Origin: an uncultured Paraglaciecola sp. | GTDB taxonomy: Bacteria > Pseudomonadota > Gammaproteobacteria > Enterobacterales > Alteromonadaceae | Assembly (NCBI RefSeq): GCF_913058035.1 | Contig: NZ_CAJXPA010000001.1 | Location: 17,120 to 81,119 of the forward strand | Reading direction: 5' to 3' | DNA: 64,000 nucleotides | Shown here: one piece after another, positions 52,446 through 61,836 of the stretch | How the letters are laid out: each line of letters begins with the position of its first letter | Position numbering within the stretch: position 1 is the first letter of the stretch | Made by a program: the position numbers and the translations under genes | The notes under the pieces: model-generated | Databases searched by the model: none | What the model saw: only the letters and a program-made list of their open reading frames with translations | What the model was told of the DNA's origin: nothing

Positions 52446-53035
52446 CTATATCGCTACTGCTCCCACGATATACCTATGGACTGGTTCAGTTAACACAGCG
52501 TCAAATGGATAACAAGTAATCGGCTTTAAATTGGGTTAGTCTATATCGAAGGTGTCGTTATTAATGTTACTTGGGATATAATCCAGCTATGAGTATGAAG
52601 TCATCCTTAGAATTTTCACCTTAAACCGCTGACGCCTGTGTTTTGTTTTTACTTCGATAACATCACCTCTTTGTACTTTTTCGTGACTTTTCGTGACTTT
52701 TCGTGACTTTTCGTGACTTTTCGTGACTTTTCATGGTTTTTCGTGGTTTTTTAGGCTGCTAAACGGTGTGTAGCGGTGGCATAATAATATGTTATTACCC
52801 CTTTCTCCCGGCTGAGCTATTGAACTGTCGTGGGTAGATGCAAATGCTAGGTTTTTGGTACTTGAACCAGTCAATACATACCCACTTTTACTCTTGATAA
52901 TAAGTTCAGCAACCGGATGAGTATCTACCCACGGCCAAGGTTTGTGTTTTTTATCAAGCTAAAGTATCTATGCCAAGCATCAGCTATTAAGTATCGCGCT
53001 AACTCTGCTTTAGCAAATATATAAAACCCCACCAG
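52446..53035 (-). pseudogene. Class GN (marine proteobacterial) sortase pseudogene
   Basis: Manual minus-strand translation: YIFAKAELARYLIADAW, frameshift, KPWPWVDTHPVAEL, NLAF, PGERGN..CHRYTPF, VNTR, GDVIEV, stops, ITCYPFDA...RYIVGA*. Confidence 0.88.
52681..52750. repeat. 10-bp VNTR (TCGTGACTTT x5 plus 2 degenerate units) inside the sortase pseudogene
   Basis: Five perfect copies 52681-52730, then TCATGGTTTT and TCGTGGTTTT. Confidence 0.95.
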
Positions 53036-53979
53036 AAAAAAGTGCGCAGACTGTGGTGCTGATCTTAATTTTGGCCGCCAACTTAATACAAAACCAGGAT
53101 TAGCGATATTGCTATCTGATTCTTGCACTTATTCACTGCCGTTTTTTAGCCGATAAGAAACGACAGCATGGAATACACTTTTAATGTCCTGCACTTCTAA
53201 TATCCTGCACTTTAAAACCCGCGTGCAAGCTGACTTGCAATTCAATGAGGTTATTTGGCTGGCTTAACTGATTTGATTGGATTTTATTAATATATGCTCA
53301 GCGTTTCTTTCGAACCGCTGAGCATATATCGATTTGTAATGGTCGCAGAAAACCGCAGACTATATTGATGCTGCTCAAAGTTTAGTTTTTGCTGGTATCC
53401 AAGTTCCACTTCAATTGTTTCATCAGGGCCGATATTGGGCATGGAATTAGAAGACATACTGAGCCGCTGTTGTATTATTAAACTCGCTTTTTGCCTTTGA
53501 CTTGAGGATAAATATCTTTTGCTTCATATTTTTCGTTAATTTGCCCTTCTATGTTTCGCTTCCCCACCGTTATCAAAAAATGATCAACGGTGGAACTATT
53601 TGATAAGGGGAATACGTGAAGAACATTAACCCAATCTTCACCTGTATTTTTGAACGTTTGAGACTATGAAGCTCGAGCGACGGTAGCTGTCACTTTGATA
53701 TCAATTTTAATTTAAAGCAACAGGCTAAGTGAGTGTTGTTGAGATGTTTCGCCTTGTTCAGATTGTTCGTGCATCAAATACAAAGTGCCACTTTGGGCAT
53801 CTTTATAATTATTTATGGGATGATTTATTAGACCGTTATCTTGTTTTTTAATCGTTGTTGCGACTGTCTTTAAAAGGGTTGTCACCTTTTTTTACTGGTA
53901 AAAGCGAGCACTGCAAATTGCGATGCCCCTTCACAATAACTACCAAACTAATAACGGCAAGTTTAGGCAGTGATAACAT
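53036..53979 (-). pseudogene. Marine proteobacterial sortase-target protein (VIT domain) pseudogene; vWA domain and LPXTG tail missing
   Basis: AAGGAA SD plus ATG 53979; QSGTLYL, VARAS*SQTFKN, VFPL...VD, RNIEGQINEK.EAK, ASLI.QQR, NIGPDETI, YSLRF, FVLSWRP; several stops and frameshifts. Confidence 0.85.
53290..53329. repeat. Perfect 14-bp inverted repeat inside the target pseudogene
   Basis: ATATATGCTCAGCG-N12-CGCTGAGCATATAT. Confidence 0.85.
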
Positions 53980-54002
53980 AAAACGGTTCCTTAAATAGCA
54001 TT

Positions 54003-54038
54003 TAATCAAAAGCACATAATCAAAAGCACGTAATCAAA
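54003..54038. repeat. 14-bp tandem repeat TAATCAAAAGCAC(A/G), ~2.6 copies
   Basis: Seen directly between the pdsO stop and the target pseudogene start. Confidence 0.8.
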
Positions 54039-54039
54039 T

Positions 54040-54774
54040 TTATTGATTGGCCGCTGTCATGTCTGTTTGGTCATCAGATACTTTTAACATTACTCGACGG
54101 TCAAAAAAATCATCTTCAAAATGCACACCTGCGCTAACCAATGAAGATTCTCCAAATGATTGAGTGATTACCTGTTCTTTTCTAACGTTATTATCTACTA
54201 AGTAATTTTTAACTGTTAACGCACGCTGTTCTGAAAGGGCTTGGTTAAATGTGCTATCGCCACGTTTATCAGCGAAGCCTGATAATGTAATACTTAACGT
54301 GGGATTTTTTTTCAGCGTTTGAGCTATTAAGTCGAGTTGCGACCTATAGTGTTCCTCCAGAACATAGGAAGCGGTTTTGAATTGAATATTACTTTCAATT
54401 TCTGGGACTATCTGTTTATAAGAGGCTTGTTCTAATGCATTATCCATTGAAGCAATTTGCACTGCTAAGCGTTCCTGTGCCTGTTCAAAATTTTGTTGCA
54501 TCACAAATAATTGTTGGTCTTTTTGTTGAAGCGAATGGTTAACCGTTTCCAGTCTTTTATCAGAGTTTATGTCTTCAGCTAACATCACACCAAAGATGCC
54601 TGTAATGACCGCGCCTATCGGTCCGGCTATGGCAGCACCGATTACTACACCAGAACTCAAACCAATTATTTCATTAGTCTTTTCTTCCTTCTTTTGTTGC
54701 TCAGCGATGGCGCTGCCAGACAATAAGCAGGTGAGCGCGATAGCGGTTGTGATTTTAGTATTTGTCAGTTTCAT
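54040..54774 (-). CDS. pdsO: Sortase-associated OmpA-like protein PdsO
   Basis: Signal peptide, glycine zipper G.VIGAAIAGPIGAVI.G, coiled coil, OmpA-like domain (GFADKRG..FNQALSEQRA..V, DRRV); divergent from pdsR. Confidence 0.88.
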   Translation of the reverse strand: MKLTNTKITTAIALTCLLSGSAIAEQQKKEEKTNEIIGLSSGVVIGAAIAGPIGAVITGIFGVMLAEDINSDKRLETVNHSLQQKDQQLFVMQQNFEQAQERLAVQIASMDNALEQASYKQIVPEIESNIQFKTASYVLEEHYRSQLDLIAQTLKKNPTLSITLSGFADKRGDSTFNQALSEQRALTVKNYLVDNNVRKEQVITQSFGESSLVSAGVHFEDDFFDRRVMLKVSDDQTDMTAANQ

Positions 54775-54824
54775 TGTCTTCTCCAAGAGGGTGGTTGTTT
54801 GTTCCTCATTAGTAAACAAAAATT

Positions 54825-54884
54825 ATATGGCTGATTTAGGGAGACAATATGGCAATCTTGAGGTCAATTGTGGCGAAAAAATGG
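54825..54884. promoter_or_regulatory. Six helically phased direct repeats; candidate PdsR binding array
   Basis: ATATGG, TTAGGG, ATATGG, TTGAGG, TTGTGG, AAATGG ending at 54830, 54841, 54852, 54863, 54873, 54884. Confidence 0.5.
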
Positions 54885-54981
54885 AAATTACACTTTTAAT
54901 CAATTTATCGACTTAACCTATACAAGTTTACTATATAGTTAATTTTCGAAAATAAAAAAAGTCAGTAAACAGGCGTAGGTT

Positions 54982-55674
54982 ATGTCAAAACGTATTGCCT
55001 TGGTTGAAGATGACCAAGCACTTAGAGAAAATTATATCGTTGCTCTTAACAAACATGGTTATGAGGTGCAACCTTATGCTAATCGACGTAGCGCAGAACA
55101 AGCATTCTCCGAAAAATTACCAGATCTAGCAATTATCGATATTGGGCTTGAGGATGAAATTGACGGCGGTTTTGCTGTTTGTCAGCTATTAAGAAATTTA
55201 TCTAAGACTTTGCCTATTATTTTTTTTACTGCACGAGACAATGATTACGACACTATTTGTGGTCTGCGAATGGGTGCTGATGATTATCTAACCAAAGATA
55301 TCAGCTTGCCGCATTTATTGGCCAGAATAGCTGCACTATTTAGACGAACAGAGTTACTAGACAGGCCACAAACACAAACTGACCTTATTCAAACTGGCGA
55401 CCTGTCGATAGACAGCAAACGTATGACGGTCAGCTGGAAAGGGCAGGGCATTGAACTTACGGTCACCGAGTTTTGGATGTTACACGCGATTGCTAAGTTT
55501 TCAGGGCATGTCAAGAGTCGCCAACAATTGATGGATGAATCAAAAATGGTAGTAGATGACACCACCATTACTTCTCATATCAAACGTATTCGTAAAAAAT
55601 TTATGCAGGTCGATCAACATTTTGACAACGTCGAGACTGTCTACGGCATGGGTTATAGATGGAAAAGTGCTTAA
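54982..55674 (+). CDS. pdsR: Proteobacterial dedicated sortase system response regulator (OmpR family)
   Basis: RIALVEDD..LRENY, DIGLEDEIDGGF, GADDYLTKDISLPHLLARI, TITSHIKRIRKKF. Confidence 0.9.
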   Translation: MSKRIALVEDDQALRENYIVALNKHGYEVQPYANRRSAEQAFSEKLPDLAIIDIGLEDEIDGGFAVCQLLRNLSKTLPIIFFTARDNDYDTICGLRMGADDYLTKDISLPHLLARIAALFRRTELLDRPQTQTDLIQTGDLSIDSKRMTVSWKGQGIELTVTEFWMLHAIAKFSGHVKSRQQLMDESKMVVDDTTITSHIKRIRKKFMQVDQHFDNVETVYGMGYRWKSA

Positions 55675-55717
55675 ACATGTTATCTCTTCTAGATTGCGCG
55701 TTTTGGGTGTTAGACCG

Positions 55718-57904
55718 ATGAGTAAACTACGTTTTGGTCTGCGCCTTAAATTACTTTTTTTCTCTTCATTTTTATTAACTATACCTTGGTTGGGCTATCA
55801 ATATGTGTGGGAGATGGAAACGTATCTGCGGATAGGTCAAGAACAAACTATGGTGGGAACGGCTCGTGCTGTAGCCACAGCTCTACATGAACGTCCGGCT
55901 CTGTTTGATAGTCAATCTGCCTACCTGACTGACGTTAAACCAGGTACTGATTTGTATGCCCATAAAATTGCCTACCCTATTCAATTAGATGGCAAGTTAG
56001 ATGATTGGCAAGACTACCGACACTTATCCATTGCGTATGACGAGCAAAATCTAATTGATTCAATCCAAGATTACCAATTAGACAGCCTGCACTTTACACA
56101 TATGGTCGGACAGTACGATAGATTTTTGTATGCGATGTTTGATGTCACTGATAACAAAGTATTACTTAGGCCAACCAACAGTTTACGTATTGATAAAAAT
56201 GATCATTTACAAATAGCCATGACCGACCAAAGTGGTTTATTTCAGCGCTATATCATCGCGCCAACCCAACCAGGTTGGGTAAATGCATATTTGTTAAAAG
56301 ATGACTTGGACTCATTACAACCAGAAAGGTTAGAAACCAAAATTCAAGGCCAATGGCGAAATACAGTAAGCGGTTATCAACTCGAATTACGTTTTCCTTT
56401 AGCTATGATATCAAGCAAAATTGCCTTTGCAATTGTTGACGTTGATGATCCACAAACTAGATCTGTGGAACAGATCATGGGCACTGCTAATCCGTCTCAA
56501 TTAGATTCATTAGGCACAGTGTTGGTACCTTCACCAGAAATAGAAAAAATACTTAAAGGGCTTCAGTACTCCAACGCTAGAGTATGGGTTGTAGATAAAC
56601 ATATGCGAGTGCTCGCACGTTCGGGAAATATTCAAAAATCATCTGGAGTGCACAGTGGTTCACTCAACAATTTATTCAGCAATAATGATCTAGACCATCA
56701 AAAAAGTGGCTGGGAATATATAGAAAAGAACTGGTTGTTACCACTTTATTATCAAATATTGACGAAGCCACCTGCAGATTTTGTGGATGACTTGCGCGAC
56801 GCATTTGCCTTACAAGGGCAAGATATAAGCCAAGCACTAAGTGGTAAACCAAGCACATTGTGGCGTTTAAGCTCAGATAATAAAGCGGTAATCATGTCGG
56901 CTGCACATCCTATTTATATTGATGAAAAAGTTATGGGCGCAGTTGTAATAGAACAAACAACTAACGGTATTCGTACTCTTAGAAATAAAGCGCTTGAACA
57001 ACAGTTTCATTATATTTTACTGGTTATTTTGATCAGTACATTAGCATTATTTTTAATTGCTTCACGTATTTCTTGGCGTATTCGTAAACTTAGAGATGAC
57101 ACCGAAAATGCTATTGATCAACAAGGCAAAATCATTGGAGATATAGTCCCTTCATCCGCCGGAGATGAAATAGGCGACTTATCTCGGACTTTTGCTCATG
57201 TGCTAAGCAGGCTCAGTCAATATAATACTTATTTAGAGAATATGGCTTCGCGTTTATCCCATGAATTACGAACACCTGTGGCAATTGTTAATTCCTCTTT
57301 AGATATCTTGTTATTGGAACAACAAAACCCAGAGACTAAACAATACGTAGATCGCGCTAAACAAGGTATTACCCGGTTAAGTAAAATACTCACAAATATG
57401 AGCGAAGCAACACGATTAGAGCAAGCAATTCAAAGCAACGATCATGAGACATTTGATTTAGAGGAATTATTGAAAGGTTGCGTGGCTGGTTATCGTTTAG
57501 TTTATGCCAATAGAACATTCGATGTGCAAGTGTCGGTGTCTCATTCGACGTTTCACGGTTCACCTGAGCTATTCGCTCAGATGTTAGATAAAATCATAGC
57601 TAATGCAGTTGAGTTTAGTGAAGAAAATTCAGCCATTAACCTACAAATGGTGAATAGTGAACCGGGTTATGTGTTAACCATCACCAACCAAGGTATCTTG
57701 TTACCAAAAAATATGCAGCACCAATTACTTGATTCAATGGTTTCAGTGCGTAAGCAGCAAAATACCGAACAATCACATTTGGGCTTAGGTTTGTATATCG
57801 CTAAAATCATTGCACGATATCATCAAGGTAATATAAGAATAGACAATCTTAAGGATCAATCTGGAGTCGTCGTGACTTTAGTGTTTAAGGATTTAAAGAT
57901 TTAA
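55718..57904 (+). CDS. pdsS: Proteobacterial dedicated sortase system histidine kinase
   Basis: PWLGYQYVWEME.YLR.GQEQT, LDGKLDDW, HAMP DEIGDLSR, RLSHELRTP, HLGLGLYI. Confidence 0.88.
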   Translation: MSKLRFGLRLKLLFFSSFLLTIPWLGYQYVWEMETYLRIGQEQTMVGTARAVATALHERPALFDSQSAYLTDVKPGTDLYAHKIAYPIQLDGKLDDWQDYRHLSIAYDEQNLIDSIQDYQLDSLHFTHMVGQYDRFLYAMFDVTDNKVLLRPTNSLRIDKNDHLQIAMTDQSGLFQRYIIAPTQPGWVNAYLLKDDLDSLQPERLETKIQGQWRNTVSGYQLELRFPLAMISSKIAFAIVDVDDPQTRSVEQIMGTANPSQLDSLGTVLVPSPEIEKILKGLQYSNARVWVVDKHMRVLARSGNIQKSSGVHSGSLNNLFSNNDLDHQKSGWEYIEKNWLLPLYYQILTKPPADFVDDLRDAFALQGQDISQALSGKPSTLWRLSSDNKAVIMSAAHPIYIDEKVMGAVVIEQTTNGIRTLRNKALEQQFHYILLVILISTLALFLIASRISWRIRKLRDDTENAIDQQGKIIGDIVPSSAGDEIGDLSRTFAHVLSRLSQYNTYLENMASRLSHELRTPVAIVNSSLDILLLEQQNPETKQYVDRAKQGITRLSKILTNMSEATRLEQAIQSNDHETFDLEELLKGCVAGYRLVYANRTFDVQVSVSHSTFHGSPELFAQMLDKIIANAVEFSEENSAINLQMVNSEPGYVLTITNQGILLPKNMQHQLLDSMVSVRKQQNTEQSHLGLGLYIAKIIARYHQGNIRIDNLKDQSGVVVTLVFKDLKI

Positions 57905-57931
57905 GGTGTACTTTATCTACACAAGTATAAT

Positions 57932-58144
57932 TTAGCCTTGTTTGTGTTTACGTGCCATCCCCCAACCTATGATGCCAGCACCTATTATTGCGCCGATCCA
58001 AGCATAGGGTTCCGTTGCAGGTGAAAGTTGTTGGGCAAAAACGATCGTCATCATAGAAAAAATGCACAGTCCCCAACCAAATATCTCGACTTTACTTAGA
58101 TACTTGGAAAGTGAAAAGTTCGATTCTTTGGGTGCTTTTTGCAT
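57932..58144 (-). CDS. Small two-TM membrane protein
   Basis: 70 aa, GAGG SD, two hydrophobic helices, basic C-terminus. Confidence 0.6.
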   Translation of the reverse strand: MQKAPKESNFSLSKYLSKVEIFGWGLCIFSMMTIVFAQQLSPATEPYAWIGAIIGAGIIGWGMARKHKQG

Positions 58145-58304
58145 ACCTAACCTCTATGGTTTTGTGACGTAATCTAATGACTTGATACAATGACTTTGAA
58201 GGTCAACACGATACCAGCTAAATTCAAAAAACCAAGAGTTTAGTCTCAGTATTCGTTAACTTTCCTCTACACCGCAGATAATCCATCCAATAAACATTGA
58301 GTGT

Positions 58305-58835
58305 TTATTCACTATATAAATCTGAATGAATAAAAGGCGCCATGGCGAGTAAAATAGCTTGTCTGTATACACTTTCTCTTGTGGCTAAACCATTGGTTAA
58401 AAGGCCAATTGCGCCTTGTTTTTGTTTGACGTTATCAGTATTAAAAAATCTGTCCATAACATCACCCAGTTCTTCACCACCTTCGAGAGCTCGATATATA
58501 GCAGGTGGTAAAGGTAGGTTACAACTACGTCCAATAGATATTCTTTTTTGATCAGCGATGGCTACATATGCAAAAGTAGCGGGGCCGTATTTAAATTGGT
58601 CGACGCCGCCTTCAATCGCCAAATAAAAGTCAGCCTGGGTGTGCTGTTGACAATATTTAACTCGGTTGATGGCGCCTAGTTGTGTTTCGTCAACTGTCAT
58701 TGGTTGATCTGCTACCTGCGAGGGCGCGTTTATACCGACACACTCCAATTCATCTGAAGAAAAAATATCACATATTGCTGCTTTAGCTGCGTTAATTTTT
58801 ACTGGGTTTTTTGACCCAACTACAATTTTAATCAT
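58305..58835 (-). CDS. yjjX: Inosine/xanthosine triphosphatase
   Basis: GSKNPVKINA, S.VADQP, GAINR, EGG, ELGDVMD..F...NVKQKQGAIGLLT. Confidence 0.93.
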   Translation of the reverse strand: MIKIVVGSKNPVKINAAKAAICDIFSSDELECVGINAPSQVADQPMTVDETQLGAINRVKYCQQHTQADFYLAIEGGVDQFKYGPATFAYVAIADQKRISIGRSCNLPLPPAIYRALEGGEELGDVMDRFFNTDNVKQKQGAIGLLTNGLATRESVYRQAILLAMAPFIHSDLYSE

Positions 58836-59004
58836 GCCATCCCTTTAAGGTTTTGAAAGGTCAATCTAGAAAATTACTATGTTAATAAAAAAGAAATGGT
58901 AACATTAACAGCCAAATTAAATATTAAAACACTACTCGATTACATCGATTTAGCACGATATAATCTTTATTTGCCTGATAATAATAAGAGATACGAAGAT
59001 CGTC

Positions 59005-59178
59005 ATGAATAATGTGCCTCCAGAATCTTTGATCCGCACCTGGGTGTGGATGATGTCCGAAAACAACGAGCCAGAATTGATGAATAAAGGCCGGGAAAAT
59101 TTAGTTAATGCCTTTGGCAGTTTACAAAAAGCCATTGAGTATATTGAACAAAAAGTTGCTTCTGGTGATGAGAATTAA
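59005..59178 (+). CDS. Small hypothetical protein (57 aa), not in the ORF track
   Basis: MNNVPPESLIRTWVWMMSENNEPELMNKGRENLVNAFGSLQKAIEYIEQKVASGDEN; ends 12 bp before the MBL gene. Confidence 0.65.
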   Translation: MNNVPPESLIRTWVWMMSENNEPELMNKGRENLVNAFGSLQKAIEYIEQKVASGDEN

Positions 59179-59190
59179 CGTTTTTTTCTC

Positions 59191-59946
59191 TTGAAAATTC
59201 ATCAGTTACAAGGGCATATTCAATCGATTTATTTAGTCGAATACTCGCAAAAGTTGTTGCTACTTGATGGCTGTTGTCGCGCAGATATCACGATGCTTGA
59301 GCAGTTTATTACTGGCGACTTAAACAGGTCTTTCTCTGATTTAAAAATGATTGTTGTTACCCATATGCATCCAGATCACGCAGGGGCAGCCCACAAACTG
59401 CGTAAAATTACCGGTTGTAAAATTGCTAGCGCTAATATGCCGAGACAATGGTACTCAGGACTAAGCGGCAGATTGTCACACCTAATCGATATTGCATTAG
59501 CCACATGGGTGGCGAGCAGAATGCGCAAAGTTAGAAGAAACTTATGGTATTCACCACACCTCAAAATTGATTATGCATTAATGGATCAAGATACTGTTCC
59601 TGGTTTTGATGATTGGTGTGTGTTGACGACTGAGGGGCACACGGATCGGGACTTATCTGTGTTGCATCGACCTTCAAAACGTATCTATGTGGCAGATTTA
59701 TTGGTCAAGGTAAAAGACCGTTTTATCCCGCCTATTCCAGTTCATTTCCCTGAACAATATCGAGCTTCAATTTTAAAAGTGCAAGCTTTGCAACCTGCTT
59801 CTATCATGTTGGCACATGGTGGCGAAGTACAATTAGCCGAGCGAGACATTGCACACGTGTTAACTGTGGCACCCAGGAAACCTTTCACCGTTTGGACACC
59901 AGCTAAAAATAAATTAAAACGTTTATTACTCAGAAAAAAAGGCTAA
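59191..59946 (+). CDS. MBL-fold metallo-hydrolase
   Basis: THMHPDHAG (HxHxDH), GHT, YVAD, LAHG; TTG start. Confidence 0.88.
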   Translation: MKIHQLQGHIQSIYLVEYSQKLLLLDGCCRADITMLEQFITGDLNRSFSDLKMIVVTHMHPDHAGAAHKLRKITGCKIASANMPRQWYSGLSGRLSHLIDIALATWVASRMRKVRRNLWYSPHLKIDYALMDQDTVPGFDDWCVLTTEGHTDRDLSVLHRPSKRIYVADLLVKVKDRFIPPIPVHFPEQYRASILKVQALQPASIMLAHGGEVQLAERDIAHVLTVAPRKPFTVWTPAKNKLKRLLLRKKG

Positions 59947-59964
59947 AGATGGTTAGCCTTTTTT
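59935..59964. terminator. Bidirectional intrinsic terminator
   Basis: AAAAAAGGCTAA-AGATGG-TTAGCCTTTTTT. Confidence 0.7.
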
Positions 59965-60046
59965 GTAGAGCATCTCATTGTTAATAGAAGTGCCTCCAAA
60001 GTGCAGTATTTATAAAGTGCAGTATTTCTATAGAGTCAGAGTAGAT

Positions 60047-61780
60047 TTATATCCTCATTTCTTTCATTTCTTTCACACAATAATCTACCGCTCTGACTGT
60101 TATTGCCATAAATGTAAGAGAGGGATTTTGTACCGCAGTTGAACAAAAGCTGGCTCCATCGGTTACAAACAAATTGTCCACATCATGACATTGATTGAAA
60201 CTATTCAGCACAGAGTCTTTTGGATCACGTCCCATCCTCGCCGTTCCTACCTCATGAATGGCGATACCCGGGTTCCTTGTATCGACCGAATTATAACTCT
60301 CAATTTCTATCAGACCCGCTTTGGTTAGCATATCTACCGCAGTTTGCTCGGCGTCTGCCATCATTAATTTTTCGTTTTCTGACCAAGTGCAGTCAATATG
60401 TATCAGCGGTATACCCCACTTATCTGTTTTAGTGGGGTGCAGAGCCATGTAATTATCGAAACGAGGTAACATTTCGCCTTGTGCGTTAAGGTCCATTCTC
60501 CACCTTCCTGGTTTGGTCAGCTTGGCTTTGTAGTCTGCGCCTATACCTGGTTGATGGGCGTTGGTCGGCCAGTTTTCTCGATGACTACCACCTGCTAACC
60601 CATAACCACGAACATAACCTTGCTTGTATAATGAAGGTTTGTACTGAAAATTAGGTACTAGGATACCTCCAGGGCGCCTACCTGAGTAATATTCATCCTC
60701 AAAACCCTCAACGGTGCCGATGGCCCCCGCATTGAAATTGTGGTCCATCAAATAATGGCCGAGTACTCCAGAGCTATTAGCAATACCATTTGGGAAAGAC
60801 TTCGTTTTGGTATTTAGCATGATTTGTGCAGAACCCAAAGTTGAAGCACATAAAAAAACCACTTTAGCAAAATATTCACGGGTACTCAGGTCGTCGTTAT
60901 CAACAACCCTGACACCCTTAACTCGTTTGGTTTTTTCATCATAGATTAGACTATGCACAACACTGTTAGGGGCAATAGACAAGTTACCTGTTTTAGCCGC
61001 AGCGGGGAGTGTGGAGCTTTGGGTAGAAAAATACGCACCAAAAGAACACCCCTTATGACATTCGCTTCTTGCCTGGCAAGTCACACGGCCTTGTTCCAAG
61101 TGAAGTTGTGTAGGCTTTGTTAAGTGGGCAGTGCGGCCCATAATTAGTTGCCTATCAGGAAAGTGTTGCTCAATTTTCTGCTTAACATGTATTTCAGGTG
61201 CAGTCATTTCAAGTGGTGGCAAAAACTCACTGTTCGGTAATTGTTCAAGATTTTCATCACTACCACTTATGCCTACAAACGTTTCTACATAGCTGTACCA
61301 AGACTCAAGATCCTCGTAACGAATAGGCCAATCGTTACCGTGTCCATCTGCTTTATTGGCAGAAAAATCAAAATCACTAAAACGATAAGATTGTCGATGC
61401 CATAGAAGAGATTTTCCACCTAATTGGTTGGCTCTTATCCAGTCAAAGCCAGTGCCTTGCTCAGTGCTGTAAGGTAGGTCTTTATCATTGCCAAAAAAGT
61501 GTTTGGTCATATCACTGAAGGCGTAGCATTTTTTCTGTACGGCGTATTTTTCTTCGGTGAGCAAGTTGTCAACCTTGGTGCGGTTTTCAAACTCCCATGG
61601 AGCTTTACCTTCGGTAATATAGTCCTTTCGATGTTCGACGACGCGACCGCGCTCTATCATTAACGTTTGCATGCCACGTTCACAAAATTCTTTGGCAGCG
61701 AAGCCTCCGGTAATACCTGAACCTACTACTATGGCGTCGTATACTTGGTCGCTCTCGTGAATATATAAGTCTGTTGTCAT
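60047..61780 (-). CDS. GMC oxidoreductase, flavoprotein subunit (glucoside 3-dehydrogenase type)
   Basis: VVGSGITGG FAD motif, LGGKSLLW, CQARSECHKGC Cys cluster, HEVGTARMG, NPSLTFMA. Confidence 0.88.
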   Translation of the reverse strand: MTTDLYIHESDQVYDAIVVGSGITGGFAAKEFCERGMQTLMIERGRVVEHRKDYITEGKAPWEFENRTKVDNLLTEEKYAVQKKCYAFSDMTKHFFGNDKDLPYSTEQGTGFDWIRANQLGGKSLLWHRQSYRFSDFDFSANKADGHGNDWPIRYEDLESWYSYVETFVGISGSDENLEQLPNSEFLPPLEMTAPEIHVKQKIEQHFPDRQLIMGRTAHLTKPTQLHLEQGRVTCQARSECHKGCSFGAYFSTQSSTLPAAAKTGNLSIAPNSVVHSLIYDEKTKRVKGVRVVDNDDLSTREYFAKVVFLCASTLGSAQIMLNTKTKSFPNGIANSSGVLGHYLMDHNFNAGAIGTVEGFEDEYYSGRRPGGILVPNFQYKPSLYKQGYVRGYGLAGGSHRENWPTNAHQPGIGADYKAKLTKPGRWRMDLNAQGEMLPRFDNYMALHPTKTDKWGIPLIHIDCTWSENEKLMMADAEQTAVDMLTKAGLIEIESYNSVDTRNPGIAIHEVGTARMGRDPKDSVLNSFNQCHDVDNLFVTDGASFCSTAVQNPSLTFMAITVRAVDYCVKEMKEMRI

Positions 61781-61836
61781 TTTATCTACCCGTGATCCTG
61801 TTCGGTTATGCCCGTTTGCTGGCTTCCAATTAACAT

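Noticed and set aside
52681-52750. Possible CRISPR array
   Set aside because: 10-bp head-to-tail units with no spacers and no cas genes; a simple VNTR
58950-59135. 61-aa minus-strand ORF
   Set aside because: Antisense shadow of the 57-aa plus-strand ORF at 59005-59178
59191-59946. MBL-fold gene as an antibiotic-resistance beta-lactamase
   Set aside because: No signal peptide and no subclass B1-B3 specific features visible; generic cytoplasmic MBL hydrolase
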